64,000 bases of DNA from Octopus vulgaris (Eukaryota), in NCBI GenBank assembly GCA_951406725.2, contig OX597824.1:33170001-33234000 (forward strand), given 5' to 3'. The notes below the pieces were generated by a model. That model had not been told where the DNA came from and ran no database searches. It was given only the letters and a program-made list of their open reading frames with translations. Made by a program: the position numbers and the translations under genes. This document shows, piece after piece, positions 1 through 12,591 of this stretch; positions within the stretch are counted from its first letter, which is position 1, and every line of letters starts with the position of its first letter.

Positions 1-1529
1 TGCATGCATACTAAAATGCTAATACCATTGTTCATTCACTTTCTTCAGATCCACTAGTACAAAAGTACACATATTCTAGCAGAGTCACTTGCATTTTATG
101 CACACTCATTTGCATCTTGTGCATACATTATGCAAACGCACTTATACCATGCACATACATCACACAGACTTGTTTGAAAGTACACACATGTAGGACTCAC
201 TTGCATCTTATGCACATATCATGCAAACCAGTTTTGTTTTGAGACTTAGCAATCATTCCTTCTCAGCAACCTAGAAGAATATTAATATAACAACCCACAT
301 GTAACCAAGTGACACTTTAGTTGTTCTATGTTTTCCAGTTGTTTATTAAACCAATAGACAATAGTACCTCTCAACCATGAGCCGGATGTATAAACAGAAC
401 CCAAAATCGTTCTTGCTCTCTTTCACTTTTGATGTAACACAGTCTGAACAAGGAGCAGAAGGAATCTGTATTTTATAGCCTTGTTTCAGTTAATCTTAAT
501 TTAACACATTTCTGCAGAATGAGACATTGATGGCTGTATATTGATTTCACCAGGTTGCTGAGTATGTTTGTCCATTTCTTTTTATCAAACAGTACATATG
601 TGGCTAAAAAGAACTTGTATTTTATGAACATGTTTTACACCACTAACTTATTTTTATGCACAATATTACCTTAGTAATCTGTGTTGATTTAAATCTTGTT
701 TTTATTAATGCTACAAGGGGAAAATGTTACTTCTCTTGCTGGAAATCTCTGTCACATTCAAACCTGTATTTTATAAAACATTTGTAAGTAAACATGTGTA
801 GTTTAACTACATTGTATTATCGTAAAACTTGGACTGACAGGTAGTCCACCTGTTGATGGTACATAGGAAGTAAAGATCATATCTATATTTTATTGTTGTC
901 CCTCAGATCGATATTTTCTACAGAGCTGTTGATTACTTTATAAGTGGAGTGATTAGTACAATACCATTTTCTTTATTTATAGGCTTCCAAGTAACCATAA
1001 GGAATAATATGATATGTCAAACATTCTTTTATATTTTAATTTCTGTTTTTTCTTTTTGCCCCAGTAACGTGAAATGATTTATGTTAGCCCCTGTAAGTGG
1101 GGACACATTACTGGGTTGATGATAAACAGTTCTGTTTAGAAAACCATTTACTTGTAATTTTTGATATAGCTTCCCGGCATCAGTGACATGGATGAGAAAA
1201 AAAATAAAGAAAGAATCATTCTGTATACAAAATATAAATATGGTAGTGACCCAAATTATGTAATATAATGAACTGAAGAATTTGATTAGTTGCGATTATC
1301 CATGCAATTAGTTAACAAAAACTCCCTCTAAAATGATGTGCATGTGTGTGCAACTAAGTGCGAACTTATCAAAATAATCTTTTTCTTGCTCTTTTATTAT
1401 TTGTGTTTTATTCGCAATGAACTATATGTAGACCCATTAACTGTATATAAAAAAATAAAAAGTATCCATCCCATGTCATCCAAAACACAATTGTACAAAA
1501 TCTCCCTCTGCTCACTCAAGACCCAAAAA

Positions 1530-2050
1530 TGAAGAACATTCTGAACACACATAAACTCCTCAAAATGCAAAAGACAACACAAATCACATAAAAGACTCCT
1601 AACAAATGCAAAACTGAACTCATCACATACAACACCAACAGCTAAAAAATGCAGATGACCTAATTGTGGTGCAGGCCCAAACTTAACTGAAGGCATGGAA
1701 TTCTCATCCCAGCATGGAAAAATATTTTTAATTCAAACCAACTTCACATGTGCCTCTCAGAACCTGATTTATGTCCTAACCTGCTCAGGTTGTGGCCACA
1801 AATATGCCGGCCAAACGAGCCTTACTCTGAGATACAGTGTTACACTGCATAAAGAACAGATTCATTTTCTTCAATACAGACAGATAGTTCTGTGCGAACA
1901 TATTGACAGATATACAAGAAATAAAACACCAAATTTCCATATTTTTCCATCATACCAATGCAATGATTAAATCTCTTTACAAGAACGCCTAAACTAGGAA
2001 ATCCTGTTTATACAAAAGTACAGACCACACCTTAATATACAAACTTGACC
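1530..2050 (+). mobile_element. Decayed Penelope-like element, Neptune-like GIY-YIG endonuclease fragment
   Basis: Cys-rich linker then FTCASQNLIYVLTCSGCGHKYAGQT..L..H and E..FIQKYRPHLN, with internal stops. Confidence 0.8.
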
Positions 2051-2462
2051 TCCTGCACCCAACACATTCCTTAGAAATAAAAATAAAAAATAAAAACTCA
2101 AAATGTGAACCTGAATTGTAACACTTTCACTCAATTTATTGGCTAATATATATACATATTTCTTTGGCTTATTTAATTTATATTACATTATATTGACCAA
2201 GGATTTTTCCTTTGTCTATAATAATAGTTCAGTATTGACAAAATGAGGAACTGGTATTTTAAATTACACACCAATGTACAGATAAACATACCTCTAGTAT
2301 ATATTATGAACTGAAAGAGACTTTTGGTACATTTCAATTTCAATTTCAATTTCCTTTTTCACAATTTTTCAAAATTGCAATTATTTTTATTTTTTCACAT
2401 TTCCTGTTGAAATTACCTCTCATATCATATTCAATAAGCACCTCCACCCAACAAAGCCAGCA

Positions 2463-2505
2463 TCCAGAGACTAGTTCCAGGGTTGTTGCCCTTCATCAGT
2501 CTGGA
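2463..2505 (-). ncRNA. Degenerate minimal type I hammerhead ribozyme motif (PLE-associated)
   Basis: Minus strand: UCCAGA CUGAUGA AGGG caacaa CCCU GGAAC UA GUC UCUGGA; palindromic stem III (ACUAGU); GAAA is altered to GGAA. Confidence 0.7.
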
Positions 2506-3090
2506 GTAGCTTAGCCTTGCTAGCTGTCGGTGATAACTCGCTGTCAAAACTTTATATAATTTCAAGTGAAATAACTTCACTGATCTACAAAATTTTGAAA
2601 TATTTCATTTAGATCTCTTGGGTGGCTTTGTTTGGTGGAGGTGCTTATCTCCCCTGTTTGAAAATTTAAGGACACAGAATGCTTGTGTCATGTAGCCAAC
2701 TAGAAATGATGTTTCTTGGTGCTAAATAACAGTATAGCAGTAGCATTCTTCCCTTTCTTGGGACTGCCACATTAAGTTGGCAACAAACCATCATTTTATA
2801 TATATATATCTTTTATCTTTTATCTGTTACTTGTTTCAGTCATTAAACTGCGGCCATGTTGGGGCTTTGCTTTGAAAGTAAACAAGTGTAGTTTAAGTAC
2901 ATTGTATTATCATAAAACTTAGACTTACAGGTGTCCATCTATTGATGGCACATAGAAAGTAAAGATCATGCCCGTATGTTATTATTGTCTCACAGATCGA
3001 TATTTTCTACAGAACTGTTGATTTCTTTATAAGCAGAGTGATTTATACATTACCACTTACTTTACCTATAAGCTTCCAAATATATATATA

Positions 3091-3130
<40 letters not shown>

Positions 3131-3192
3131 TATATATGATATATTATATATATATATGTATATATATGTATATATGTATATATATATATATG

Positions 3193-3242
<50 letters not shown>

Positions 3243-4279
3243 TATACATATACATATACATATATATATATTAAAGAGAGAGAGAGAAATAGAATGATGG
3301 ATGCACACTCACATGTAAATGCAAACCAAATGCTCTGCTTCAACAGCAGACAATCAGACAAGAAAAGGTCAGTCACCTTTCAGCTGTTGCCATTTAGAGT
3401 TACTAATGCTTTAATATAATTCAAACCAACATTCCAACTCGACAACTCTTTAGAACTCTTAAAAATGCTATTCAACCATCATAACCATTTTTTATTAAAA
3501 GAACAAAAAAAAAACCCGATTTTCAATAAAATATTTTCTCCAGTAAAATTCTCGGCTTGTCATTCAAACATGTCCGACACGGAATACTTTATAACCTTAA
3601 TCCTATAGCGATGTCTACTTCTGTCATATATAGTTTATTTAACTGTCACAGTTGATGCTGGAGTTGATGACATTATTTTGAATGGCTTTAACTAAACAAA
3701 AGCTGAAGATATCTATTCTGAATTTGTTTCAGATTTAATGGAACATGCTTCAATTATTATTATGAAGTATGCAAAATCAAGACCTATTTCTTTACTACCC
3801 ACAAGGGGCTAAACACAGAGAGGACAAACAAGGACAGACAAACGGATTAAGTCGATTATATTGACCCCAGTGTGTAACTGGTACTTAATTTATTGAACCT
3901 AAAAGGATGAAAGGCAAAGTCGACCTCAGCGGAATTTGAACTCAGAATGTAACGGCAGACGAAATACCTATTTCTTTACTACCCACAAGAGGCTAAACAC
4001 AGAGAGGACAAACAAGGACAGACAAATTCAGAACATAACAGTTACAAGGCCATAAACACTCCAACATCGGTTGTCAAGCTATGATAGGAGACAAGCACAC
4101 ACATATGTGATGGGTTTTCTTCAGTTTCCATCTACCAAATCCACTCACAAGGCTTTGATCAGCTCCAGGCTATAGAAGACACTTGGCCAAGGTACTACAC
4201 ACTGAGACTGAACCTAGAAGCATATGATTTGAAATCAAACTTCTTACTACTCAACTACTCTTGCACTTATTTATATATA

Positions 4280-5030
4280 CAACTAGCCCACTCTGGCCCC
4301 TCTCTGAGAAGATACCTAACAAAGAAATAAGAAAGGGACAGCAATCAATGCACACTAACTAACTGCCCCATCCATGACAAATTTATGTCAATGGATAAAT
4401 GTTGTCTATAGAATACAATATAACAAATGCAACAAGTTGTATGTGGGTGGCACAACAAGACCATTACACATTCGCATCAAAGAACATCTGAGCACGAGAG
4501 CCTTCTCCTTCAGAAAACATCTAGACAGATGCTGGAACACTGACAAAAGCATAACAGTCACAATTGAGGCCAATGAAAGAAATTTGGGTAATCTAAGAAT
4601 TAAAGAAGCTATCCTCATAGACAGACTAGGGCCCCAAATTAACAACAGGCTGGAGGTTGGCAATCAATATATTATTTAGCTACATCTGGATGCATGTAGG
4701 TTCAGTTTTGATAACATGGTCATGTATTATAAAAAAAAAAAAGAAACTGCACATATAATACATAACTTAGAAGCAGCACTGTGGATGTGCCAACACACAT
4801 GAGCTTGAAATTTCAGTAACCGTTGGAAAACCGATTGTTGCAGTGATTCAATCAACTTCTAGTGATATCTGAAGAAGGAATTTTGTATTCTGAAATATTG
4901 TTATTATATCAGACTATGGATAATCAAATTATAACAGTTATTGTAGTCCACTCTGCATTGTTGTGCCATTCAAGACATGTTATATTTCACAAACAATACA
5001 CAATGTTTCATGCGAATTACAGTACTCTCC
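4280..5030 (+). mobile_element. Penelope-like 3' fragment (Poseidon-like GIY-YIG plus pLTR)
   Basis: ORF 4374-4679: NVVYRIQYNKCNKLYVGGTTRPLHIRIKEH...KEAILI...INNR; HHR-like motif downstream. Confidence 0.8.
4863..4911 (+). ncRNA. Degenerate hammerhead-like motif in a PLE pLTR
   Basis: UGAUAU CUGAAGA AGGAAU uuugu AUUCU GAAAU auuguua..AUAUCA; stems I and II pair, stem III is decayed. Confidence 0.5.
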
Positions 5031-5046
5031 TATATATATATATATT

Positions 5047-5439
5047 CTCTCTTTTACTTTCTTTTACTTGTTTCAGTCATTTGACTGCGGCCATGCTGGA
5101 GCACCACCTTTAGTCGAGCAAATCGACCCCGGGACTTATTCTTTGTAAGCCCAGTACTTATTCTATCGGTCTCTTTAGCCGAACTGCTAAGTGACAGGGA
5201 CGTAAACACACCAGCATCGGTTGTCAAACAATGCTAGGGGGACAAACACAGACACACAAACACACATATACATATATATATGTATATATATACGACAGGC
5301 TTCTTTCAGTTTCCATCTACCAAATCCACTCACAAGGCTATAGTAGAAGACACTTGCCCAAGGTGCCACGCAGTGGGACTGAACCGGAACCATGTGGTTG
5401 GTAAGCAAGTTACTTACCACACAGCCACTCCTGCGCCTC
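5047..5439 (-). mobile_element. SINE family A (tRNA-derived head, CORE-like ccttgggcaagt, internal (TA)/(CA)n); about 15 copies
   Basis: Box A TGGCTGTGTGG, box B GGTTCAGTCCC. Other copies ~10066-10462(-), 11905-12157(+), 12372-12740(-), 23490-24148(-), 32563-32990(+), 36066-36612(+), 38455-38798(-), 39918-40660(+), 46838-47370(+), 57438-58080(+), 61465-61880(-). Confidence 0.9.
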
Positions 5440-5447
5440 CACACAGC

Positions 5448-5505
<58 letters not shown>

Positions 5506-5514
5506 TATATTATA

Positions 5515-5890
5515 TATGAAGGGGTACCCAAAAGAAACTGGAATTTTGCAATGTTATTTTATTCACTAAGTTTTACATGTTTACACTTTTAGCGCCTTCA
5601 AAGTATTCTCCATTTGAAGCAATGCCTCCGTCCAGATGCGTTTTCCACAGTTCAATGCAGTCCTGGAATTCTTGCGCAGTGATGCCTTTTAATGCCTTTG
5701 CTGTTTTTTTTTTCTTCACCACTTTCACATCTGCAAAACGTTTACCTTTAAGGACTTTTTCATTTGGGGGAACAAAAAACGTTACCGGGAGCAAGATCAG
5801 GCAAATAGGGAAGGTAGATAAGTGAGGTCATGCCATTTTTGGCAAAAACTGTCTCACACTCAAGGTGTATGTAGGAGCATTGTTGTGATG
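5515..5890 (-). mobile_element. Mariner-family transposon remnant (transposase C-terminus)
   Basis: LPYLPDLAP (YSPDLAP-like) and KGKRFADV...FQDCIELWKTHLD..IASNGEYFEG; frameshifted. Confidence 0.85.
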
Positions 5891-6810
5891 AAACCACAAG
5901 CAAAGGTATAGACCAATATGTGAAGAAGATTGAAAAAGAATGCCTGGTAGAGCTCCTACAGAAAGTTTGTCTCTTAGGGCCAGCAAGGATTTTTGGGAGG
6001 GTTCTAAGCACTTGAAAGACTGCTGAAAACTTGTGGATGCCTAACGTTATAGGTAGTAACCTGCTACCCACATAAATATTATCAGGAATAAGACCAAACC
6101 TACACCAAGTCAAAATTATAATAATAATTACGATGATGATGAATGATGGTGGTAGTGGTGGTGGTGGGGACACTAGTTTTGAATATCGGTTTCAAATGTT
6201 GGCACAAGGTCAGCAAATTCAGGGAAGGGGATAAGTTGATTACGTCAACGTCAATACTCAACTGATACATGTCTTATGAATCCCAAAAGTATGAAAGGCA
6301 AAGTCAACTTAAGCAGAATTTGAACTCAGAACATAAAGACCGAAGAAATGCCACTAAATATTTTGTCTGGCATGCTAACGGTTCAGCAGGACACCATCAT
6401 AAATATTGGTTTCAAATTTTAGCACAAGGCCAGCAATTTTGGGGATGTGAGTAAGTCAATTATATCAATCTCAGTACTCAACTGGTACTTATATTTTACC
6501 CTGAAAATAGGAAAAACGAAAACAAAATCGGTCTTGGTGGAATTTGAGCCCAGAATGTAAAGATGAACAAAATACCACTAAATGCTTTGCCCAGCATGCT
6601 AACAATTCTGCCAGCTCCCTGCTTTGAACTTATATCTATAACATTACAATATCTGTATCAAAACAATTGTATTGTTGTTGTTGTGGTTAATTATTTGTGA
6701 TCTGGTAGGCAGGGATTAAAAGTTTACTTAGTGTCTTCCACCGTAACCTTGACCAAAGTAATACTTTGTGAGTAAAATGTGGCACACAGAAATGGTTTGG
6801 AACTAAATTA

Positions 6811-6841
<31 letters not shown>

Positions 6842-6893
6842 AAACAGCCATGTGCAATGTTTTACCAAAAAGGAAAACTATGATTGTCACTAA

Positions 6894-7143
6894 ATATGAC
6901 TAGGGTGTTAGAACACATATATTGTTAGAAATAAGAGTGAAAAAGCTATGATGCTCTGATGCAGTAGTTAAAACACATAATTGTATACATATGTACTGAC
7001 AGGGACTGTAATCACCCAAAAGCACAGGTTACCAGTGTTTATGGGAGATTACAGTCTCTGTCAGTACATATGTATACAATTGTGTTTTAACTACAGCAGT
7101 AAGGCTTTTTAGCTCTTATCTCAATCAATGTAGGTGACCCTAG

Positions 7144-7149
<6 letters not shown>
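6894..7149. mobile_element. Foldback MITE (~255 bp)
   Basis: Termini atatgactagggt / accctagtcatat; internal ~55 bp inverted arms at ~6960-7018 and ~7041-7098. Confidence 0.8.
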
Positions 7150-7204
<55 letters not shown>

Positions 7205-7226
7205 ATGTTACATTACTCGGTAGTCA

Positions 7227-7289
7227 AGATAAAACTCTGAGTTTCAGATGCCGAAGTGGAAATCCACAACACCATCTCTTCGGTTATCT
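7227..7289 (-). ncRNA. Second (inverted) copy of the non-canonical hammerhead motif
   Basis: Reverse complement of 9858-9920 with one substitution outside the core. Confidence 0.65.
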
Positions 7290-7481
7290 GGCTATTTGAA
7301 AACGTTATGAAAAATACCGTTAAATAAAAGGAAATTACTCTGTTATAACTCTGCTTGCCTGCGTACTTATACATCACTCGCATTTTTCGTCATAAAAATT
7401 ATATAAAAATACATAAAAAATATATAAAAAATATATAAAAATATATAAATTCTTCTTGGGACATAACATAGAAAGCATGTT

Positions 7482-8187
7482 CTATCTGTTTTCTTTAGGG
7501 GACCAAAAACGTAACAGAAACTTAGTCACATGTGGGCATGATCCGAAAAGCTCTGTCCTAGTATTTAGACATGTAGTAGGGTCTAAGCTGCTTTTCCAGA
7601 TAAGCCATCTCTCCATGTCGCATAGACCGCACCTTCCGCTGCCGTTAGTATAGGGCTTACATCTGGCCAAAATCTTCCATTGTATGTTATAATCGACACC
7701 TTTATCTCTTAAAGACCAAATATGATTAGACAATTGTGTCGCTTTTCTTTTGTTCCAGTGCCTAAAGCTCAAAGTGTGGTTAATGAACCTGGCCTTGAAA
7801 TTACCCTCTGTAAGGCCCACGTATTTCTTTGTCGAAACGGTGTCTTTAGTGGTTATAGAGTTTACGGTAGCTTCATATATGATGGTCTTGGACATGCAAG
7901 CTCCATTTAGCGGGCACAATTCTTTATTCCTGCATGAACAGCTGTTTTCTTCTTGTGTTTTTTGTATGTTATGTTTGATTATGTTTTTAAAATTGGTAGT
8001 TGAACTAAAACTAATTTTTAAATTGTGTCTATTGAAGAGTTTCCTATAAGTATGGTTAACTGGAAAATGTCTATCTATCAGTGCTAGGAAATATTTACCT
8101 ATATTGAAGGCCACCTCGGGTGAATAAGGGGGCGTAAACCAGATGACCTTCCTATTTCTATTATTCCTTTTCTTTACTGTTGGGCTA
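7482..8187 (-). pseudogene. Inverted copy of the PLE linker plus intact GIY-YIG endonuclease frame
   Basis: ORF track 7482-8222; the protein matches 9032-9664 except for a few residues and lacks the frameshift at WFTPPYSP. Confidence 0.85.
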
Positions 8188-9857
8188 ATTAAGACCGATA
8201 CTAGGCTAGTACAATGGTCCAATAGTATAGAAGTCGTAGACTGGTTTAAAGCTATTAAGAATAAGAAAAAAGCGAGGTTTACACAATTAATATTGTTGAT
8301 TTTTATGCCTCTATCTCTAAAGAACTGCTAGATAAAGCCCTCATCTTCGCTAGTTTCTTCATAGAAATTAGTACCAATGATAAGGAAATAATCTTCCATG
8401 CTAGAAAGACCTTACTTTTCAGTGAGGACGCAAAGTGGGTAAAAAACACCGACACAGAGGGCGCTTTCGATGTGAGCATGGGTTCATATGATGGGGCAGG
8501 CATCTGTGATCTAATTGGACTTTTTCTCCTAGATACCTTAGGTAAGACATTCCCTAACGTACATTTCGCCATCTACAAAGATGATGCCCTCGCCTTAACA
8601 GCTAATACAAATGAACCAGCACAAGATCGTTTTAGGAAGGATCTTATCCAGTTAATGAAGCACTTCGGACTTAGTATAACTATAGATACTAACTTGACGG
8701 TTGTCAATTTCTTAGACGTTTCCTTAGATCTTAATAAGAATATTTATAAGCCTTATAGGAAACCCAATGATAGACTAAGTTATATTAATGTAGGTTCATG
8801 CCATCCCCCTATAGTATTCAAAAATTTAGTTAAAAATATTAGTAAGAGGATTTCTAGCCTCTCATCTGATGAGGACATCTTCAATAGCGTTGCCCCAGTT
8901 TATAATAAGGCTTTAAAAGATAGTGGTTTTAGCGATAAAATAAAATATACACCTATCACTAGCCCAACAGTAAAGAAAAGGAATAATAGAAATAGGAAGG
9001 TCATCTGGTTTACACCCCTTATTCACCCGAGGTGGCCTTCAATATAGGTAAATATTTCCTAGCACTGATAGATAGACATTTTCCAGTTAACCATACTTAT
9101 AGGAAACTCTTCAATAGACACAATTTAAAAATTAGTTTTAGTTCAACTACCAATTTTAAAAACATAATCAAACATAACATACAAAAAACACAAGAAGAAA
9201 ACAGCTGTTCATGCAGGAATAAAGAATTGTGCCCGCTAAATGGAGCTTGCATGTCCAAGACCATCATATATGAAGCTACCGTAAACTCTATAACCACTAA
9301 AGACACCGTTTCGACAAAGAAATACGTGGGCCTTACAGAGGGTAATTTCAAGGCCAGGTTCAATAACCACACTTTGAGCTTTAGGCACTGGAACAAAAGA
9401 AAAGCGACACAATTGTCTAATCATATTTGGTCTTTAAGAGATAAAGGTGTCGATTATAACATACAATGGAAGATTTTGGCCAGATGTAAGCCCTATACTA
9501 ACGGCAGCGGAAGGTGTGGTCTATGCGACATGGAGAGATGGCTTATCTGGAAAAGCAGCTTAGACCCTACTACATGTCTAAATACAAGGACAGAGCTTTT
9601 CGGATCATGCCCACATGTGACTAAGTTTCTGTTACGTTTTTGGTCCCCTAAAGAAAACAGATAGAACATGCTTTCTATGTTATGTCCCAAGAAGAATTTA
9701 TATATTTTTATATATTTTTTATATATTTTTTATGTATTTTTATATAATTTTTATGACAAAAAATGCGAGCGATGTATAAGTACGCAGGCAAGCAGAGTTA
9801 TAACAGAGTAATTTCCCTTTATTTAACGGTATTTTTTCATAACGTTTTCAAATAGCC

Positions 9858-9920
9858 AGATAACCGAAGAGATGGCGTTGTGGATTTCCACTTCGGCATC
9901 TGAAACTCAGAGTTTTATCT
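9858..9920 (+). ncRNA. Non-canonical type I hammerhead motif in the Naiad-like pLTR
   Basis: AGAUAA CCGAAGA GAUG..(GUGGA/UCCAC)..CAUC U GAAAC UCAGA GUU UUAUCU; stems I-III form; U4>C, extra U before GAAA, GUU triplet. Confidence 0.65.
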
Positions 9921-10016
9921 TGACTACCGAGTAATGTAACATATTGTATAGATAAATTTCCTCTTTTTACATAATATTGAGGTCTCTTTCTTTCTTTTGT
10001 TATCTTACCGTTTTAT

Positions 10017-10059
<43 letters not shown>

Positions 10060-10519
10060 AGTATGCGTTTACTTGTTTCAGTCACTGAACTGCAGCCATG
10101 CTGGGCATCATCTTGAAGAGTTTCATCAAACAAATTGACCCCAGTAGTTATTCTTTAAGTCTGGCACATATTCTATTGGTCTCTTTTGCCAAACTGCTAA
10201 GTTATGGGGATGTAAACATCCCAACACCAGTTGTGAAGTGCTAGTGTGGGCGACAAGTACAAAAATGAATGCACGCACGTGCACACACACACACACACAC
10301 ATAATGGGCTTCCACATAGTTTCCATCAACCAGATTTTCTCACAAAGCATTGGTCTACCTGGGACTATAGTAGAAGACACTTGCCAAAGATGCTGCACAG
10401 TAGGATTGAACTCAAAACCACATGGCTGCAAAGCAAGCTTCTTACCACACAGCCATGCTTGCAAAAAAAGTATATATATATATGTTTTAAATTTTTTTTT
10501 GTGCCAAAAAAATGCAAGT

Positions 10520-11620
10520 TATAAGAAATAATACAAGTCACAGGCTTGTACTTTTAATTTCTATTACAATATTTCACATTTAGGACTCCTTCTTTGGGAA
10601 ATCTTTGGAGAAATGGCATTATGAGCTGACTTCTCTGTTCTGCAGCATGTGTATATGAAGGGTTGCTTTGCATGCACAAGGTAGCACTGTTGTAGTAGCC
10701 AACCAGCTACATGCATTTTGGTTCTGCTTTTAATATGTTGGGTTGGTCTTACTAATTATGATGGCCTCTTTAATTCTCAGATTCCCAAAGTTTTGTTCTG
10801 TGCCTTCAATGGAAACTTGGTTGTCTTGGTTCTTGGGTGTGACATTTCCATGGTGTTTCTTTCATGGAAGAAGTGTTAGCATAGAGGTGTTCATTAACAT
10901 AGAGATGTTCTTTAGAATAGAAGTGTTTTTAGCATAGAGCTGTTGTTTAACCTGAATGTGTACTTGTCTGATGATACTTTCAATGTAGTATTCATTATAT
11001 TTACACACCATGTAGGATTGCAGACATATATATTCACCATTGATCATACAGTCGAGTAATGTACACATGGTCAATTGCCTGATAGACTGCAGCAGTTTTT
11101 TTTTCCTTTGTTAAAGTGTGACAGTTTAAAAAAAAATACATGTTACCCCTGGATGTGTGGATTTTGTTATATCTGTTAGTGAGGTCTGGTGATGTCCTGA
11201 CATTTGGCGTAAGAATTTAGGCAGTCATTTTCTATAAGGACTTTTCTGAATTGTATGATGTTGGTCCTTTTGCTTCCTGCCCCATTACATTTACTGTGCA
11301 GGCCATCTTAGCTGTTATGAATAGCAATAAACTATAATGTAGGCCATCTTAGCTCTGATGGGTAGCAATAAATCATAATCTACAAATAGATCCCTACATG
11401 TCACATTTTTGTAAAAATTAGTGAAGATAAGTTCATTCTCTGCAATTTTGAGTTCAAAATCAAGCAGAGCTAAGGAACTGATGTTATCAGGGTGCTCCAC
11501 TTGAAATTTTTGATGAACATCAATATTATTGAATATATACTATATATTTTAATGGCCTTGTCATAAGAGGATGTAAAAATAAGGATGCCATCCTCATACC
11601 TTGTGAAAAACCACAGGAAT
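10520..11620 (-). mobile_element. Old decayed Penelope-like element (RT thumb + GIY-YIG remnants)
   Basis: EHPDNISSLALLDFELKI...FYK RT-thumb-like frame; 3' part similar to the 4374-4679 endonuclease (KEAIII); decayed gaagaagg...gaaatattgta HHR trace near 10565-10600. Confidence 0.6.
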
Positions 11621-12552
11621 GACAGATATCAAGTGCCCTGTGTTTTACTGGTTCATATATGTTATTATCAATAGGCCTGATAAGCTTGACGTTATCAGCA
11701 ATCCAGAGATATGTCTGCAAGAGAAGATTGAAAAATATCTCTGATATTGCAATTAGCAGCCCAGCTGGATAAAAATAAATCACATGCAACAGGAACACTA
11801 AAAAAACCACCTGTTAATCATACTTAATGCTAATATATCACAAAAAGGTAAAAAAGCATTTTGCCCAGAGATATCTCTTAGATGCAGGCAAAGCTGTATA
11901 GAGGCATAGGTTTGACTGTGGTAAGATGCTTGCTTCCCAGCCACATGGTTCTGGGTTCAGTCCCACTGTATGGCACCTTGGGCAAGTGTCTTCTACTATA
12001 GCCTCGGGCCGACCAAAGTCTTGTAAGTGGATTTGGCAGATGGAAATTAAAAGAAGCCCATCATATATGTATATATCTATGTATATGGGTCTTTGTGTCT
12101 GTGTTTGTCACAGTGCTCCAGCGTGGCTGCAGTCTAATGTCACTGAAACAAGTAAAAGGCATGGATTTACTGCATTTAAAAATACAAATATATCAGTATT
12201 AGATGGAAATCATCCAGCAGTGGAGGTGAGAATGTTAATCAGCAATGGATTTTGTCTTAGCATGCAACTGCTAGTGATTACATGCTACTGACGAGGTTCA
12301 ATGATGCAGAAATACATATCAAGCATTCTCCTTGTTCTTACTGAATGATTTTCATCTGTTACTAATTATTTATCTTTTACTTGTTTCAGCCATTAGGAGA
12401 ATTTTAGTTGAATGCTTATTTTATTTTAATCCTGGTACTGCTATTAGTCTTTTCTGCAGAGCTGCTAAGTTACAGGGATATAAACACACCAACACCAGTT
12501 GTCTAGCAGTGGTGGAGGACATATACACACACACACATGTACACATATACAT

Positions 12553-12591
<39 letters not shown>

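Larger units (their letters stand above)
786..3079 (+). repeat. Pair of ~200 bp diverged direct repeats (786-990 and 2876-3079) around the Neptune-like fragment
   Basis: Both run from aagtaaaca.gtgtagtttaa to gcttccaa; roughly 80% identical by eye. Confidence 0.85.
7201..10020 (+). mobile_element. Young 5'-truncated Penelope-like element (Naiad-like) with an inverted partial copy, inserted in (TA)n
   Basis: Forward RT+GIY-YIG at 8188-9664 (QWSNS.EVVDWF, DFYASIS, FDVSMGSYDGA, YKDD, CSC..CPLNGAC, YVGLT..FKARF..H, CGLC, LNTRTEL..CPH), with frameshifts near 8290 and 9015. 7201-8187 is the reverse complement of 8960-9946. (TA)n on both flanks. Confidence 0.93.

Noticed and set aside
5360-5439. 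tRNA genes
   Set aside because: The box A/B sequences are SINE heads continuous with SINE bodies; no complete cloverleaf was seen
8574-8585. YKDD as a novel RT catalytic motif
   Set aside because: A single G>A change from the usual YRDD in a frameshifted copy is the simpler explanation; needs the family consensus
9032-9664. Selenocysteine recoding, reported for some Naiad PLEs
   Set aside because: The conserved Cys positions checked are TGT/TGC and the frame has no in-frame TGA
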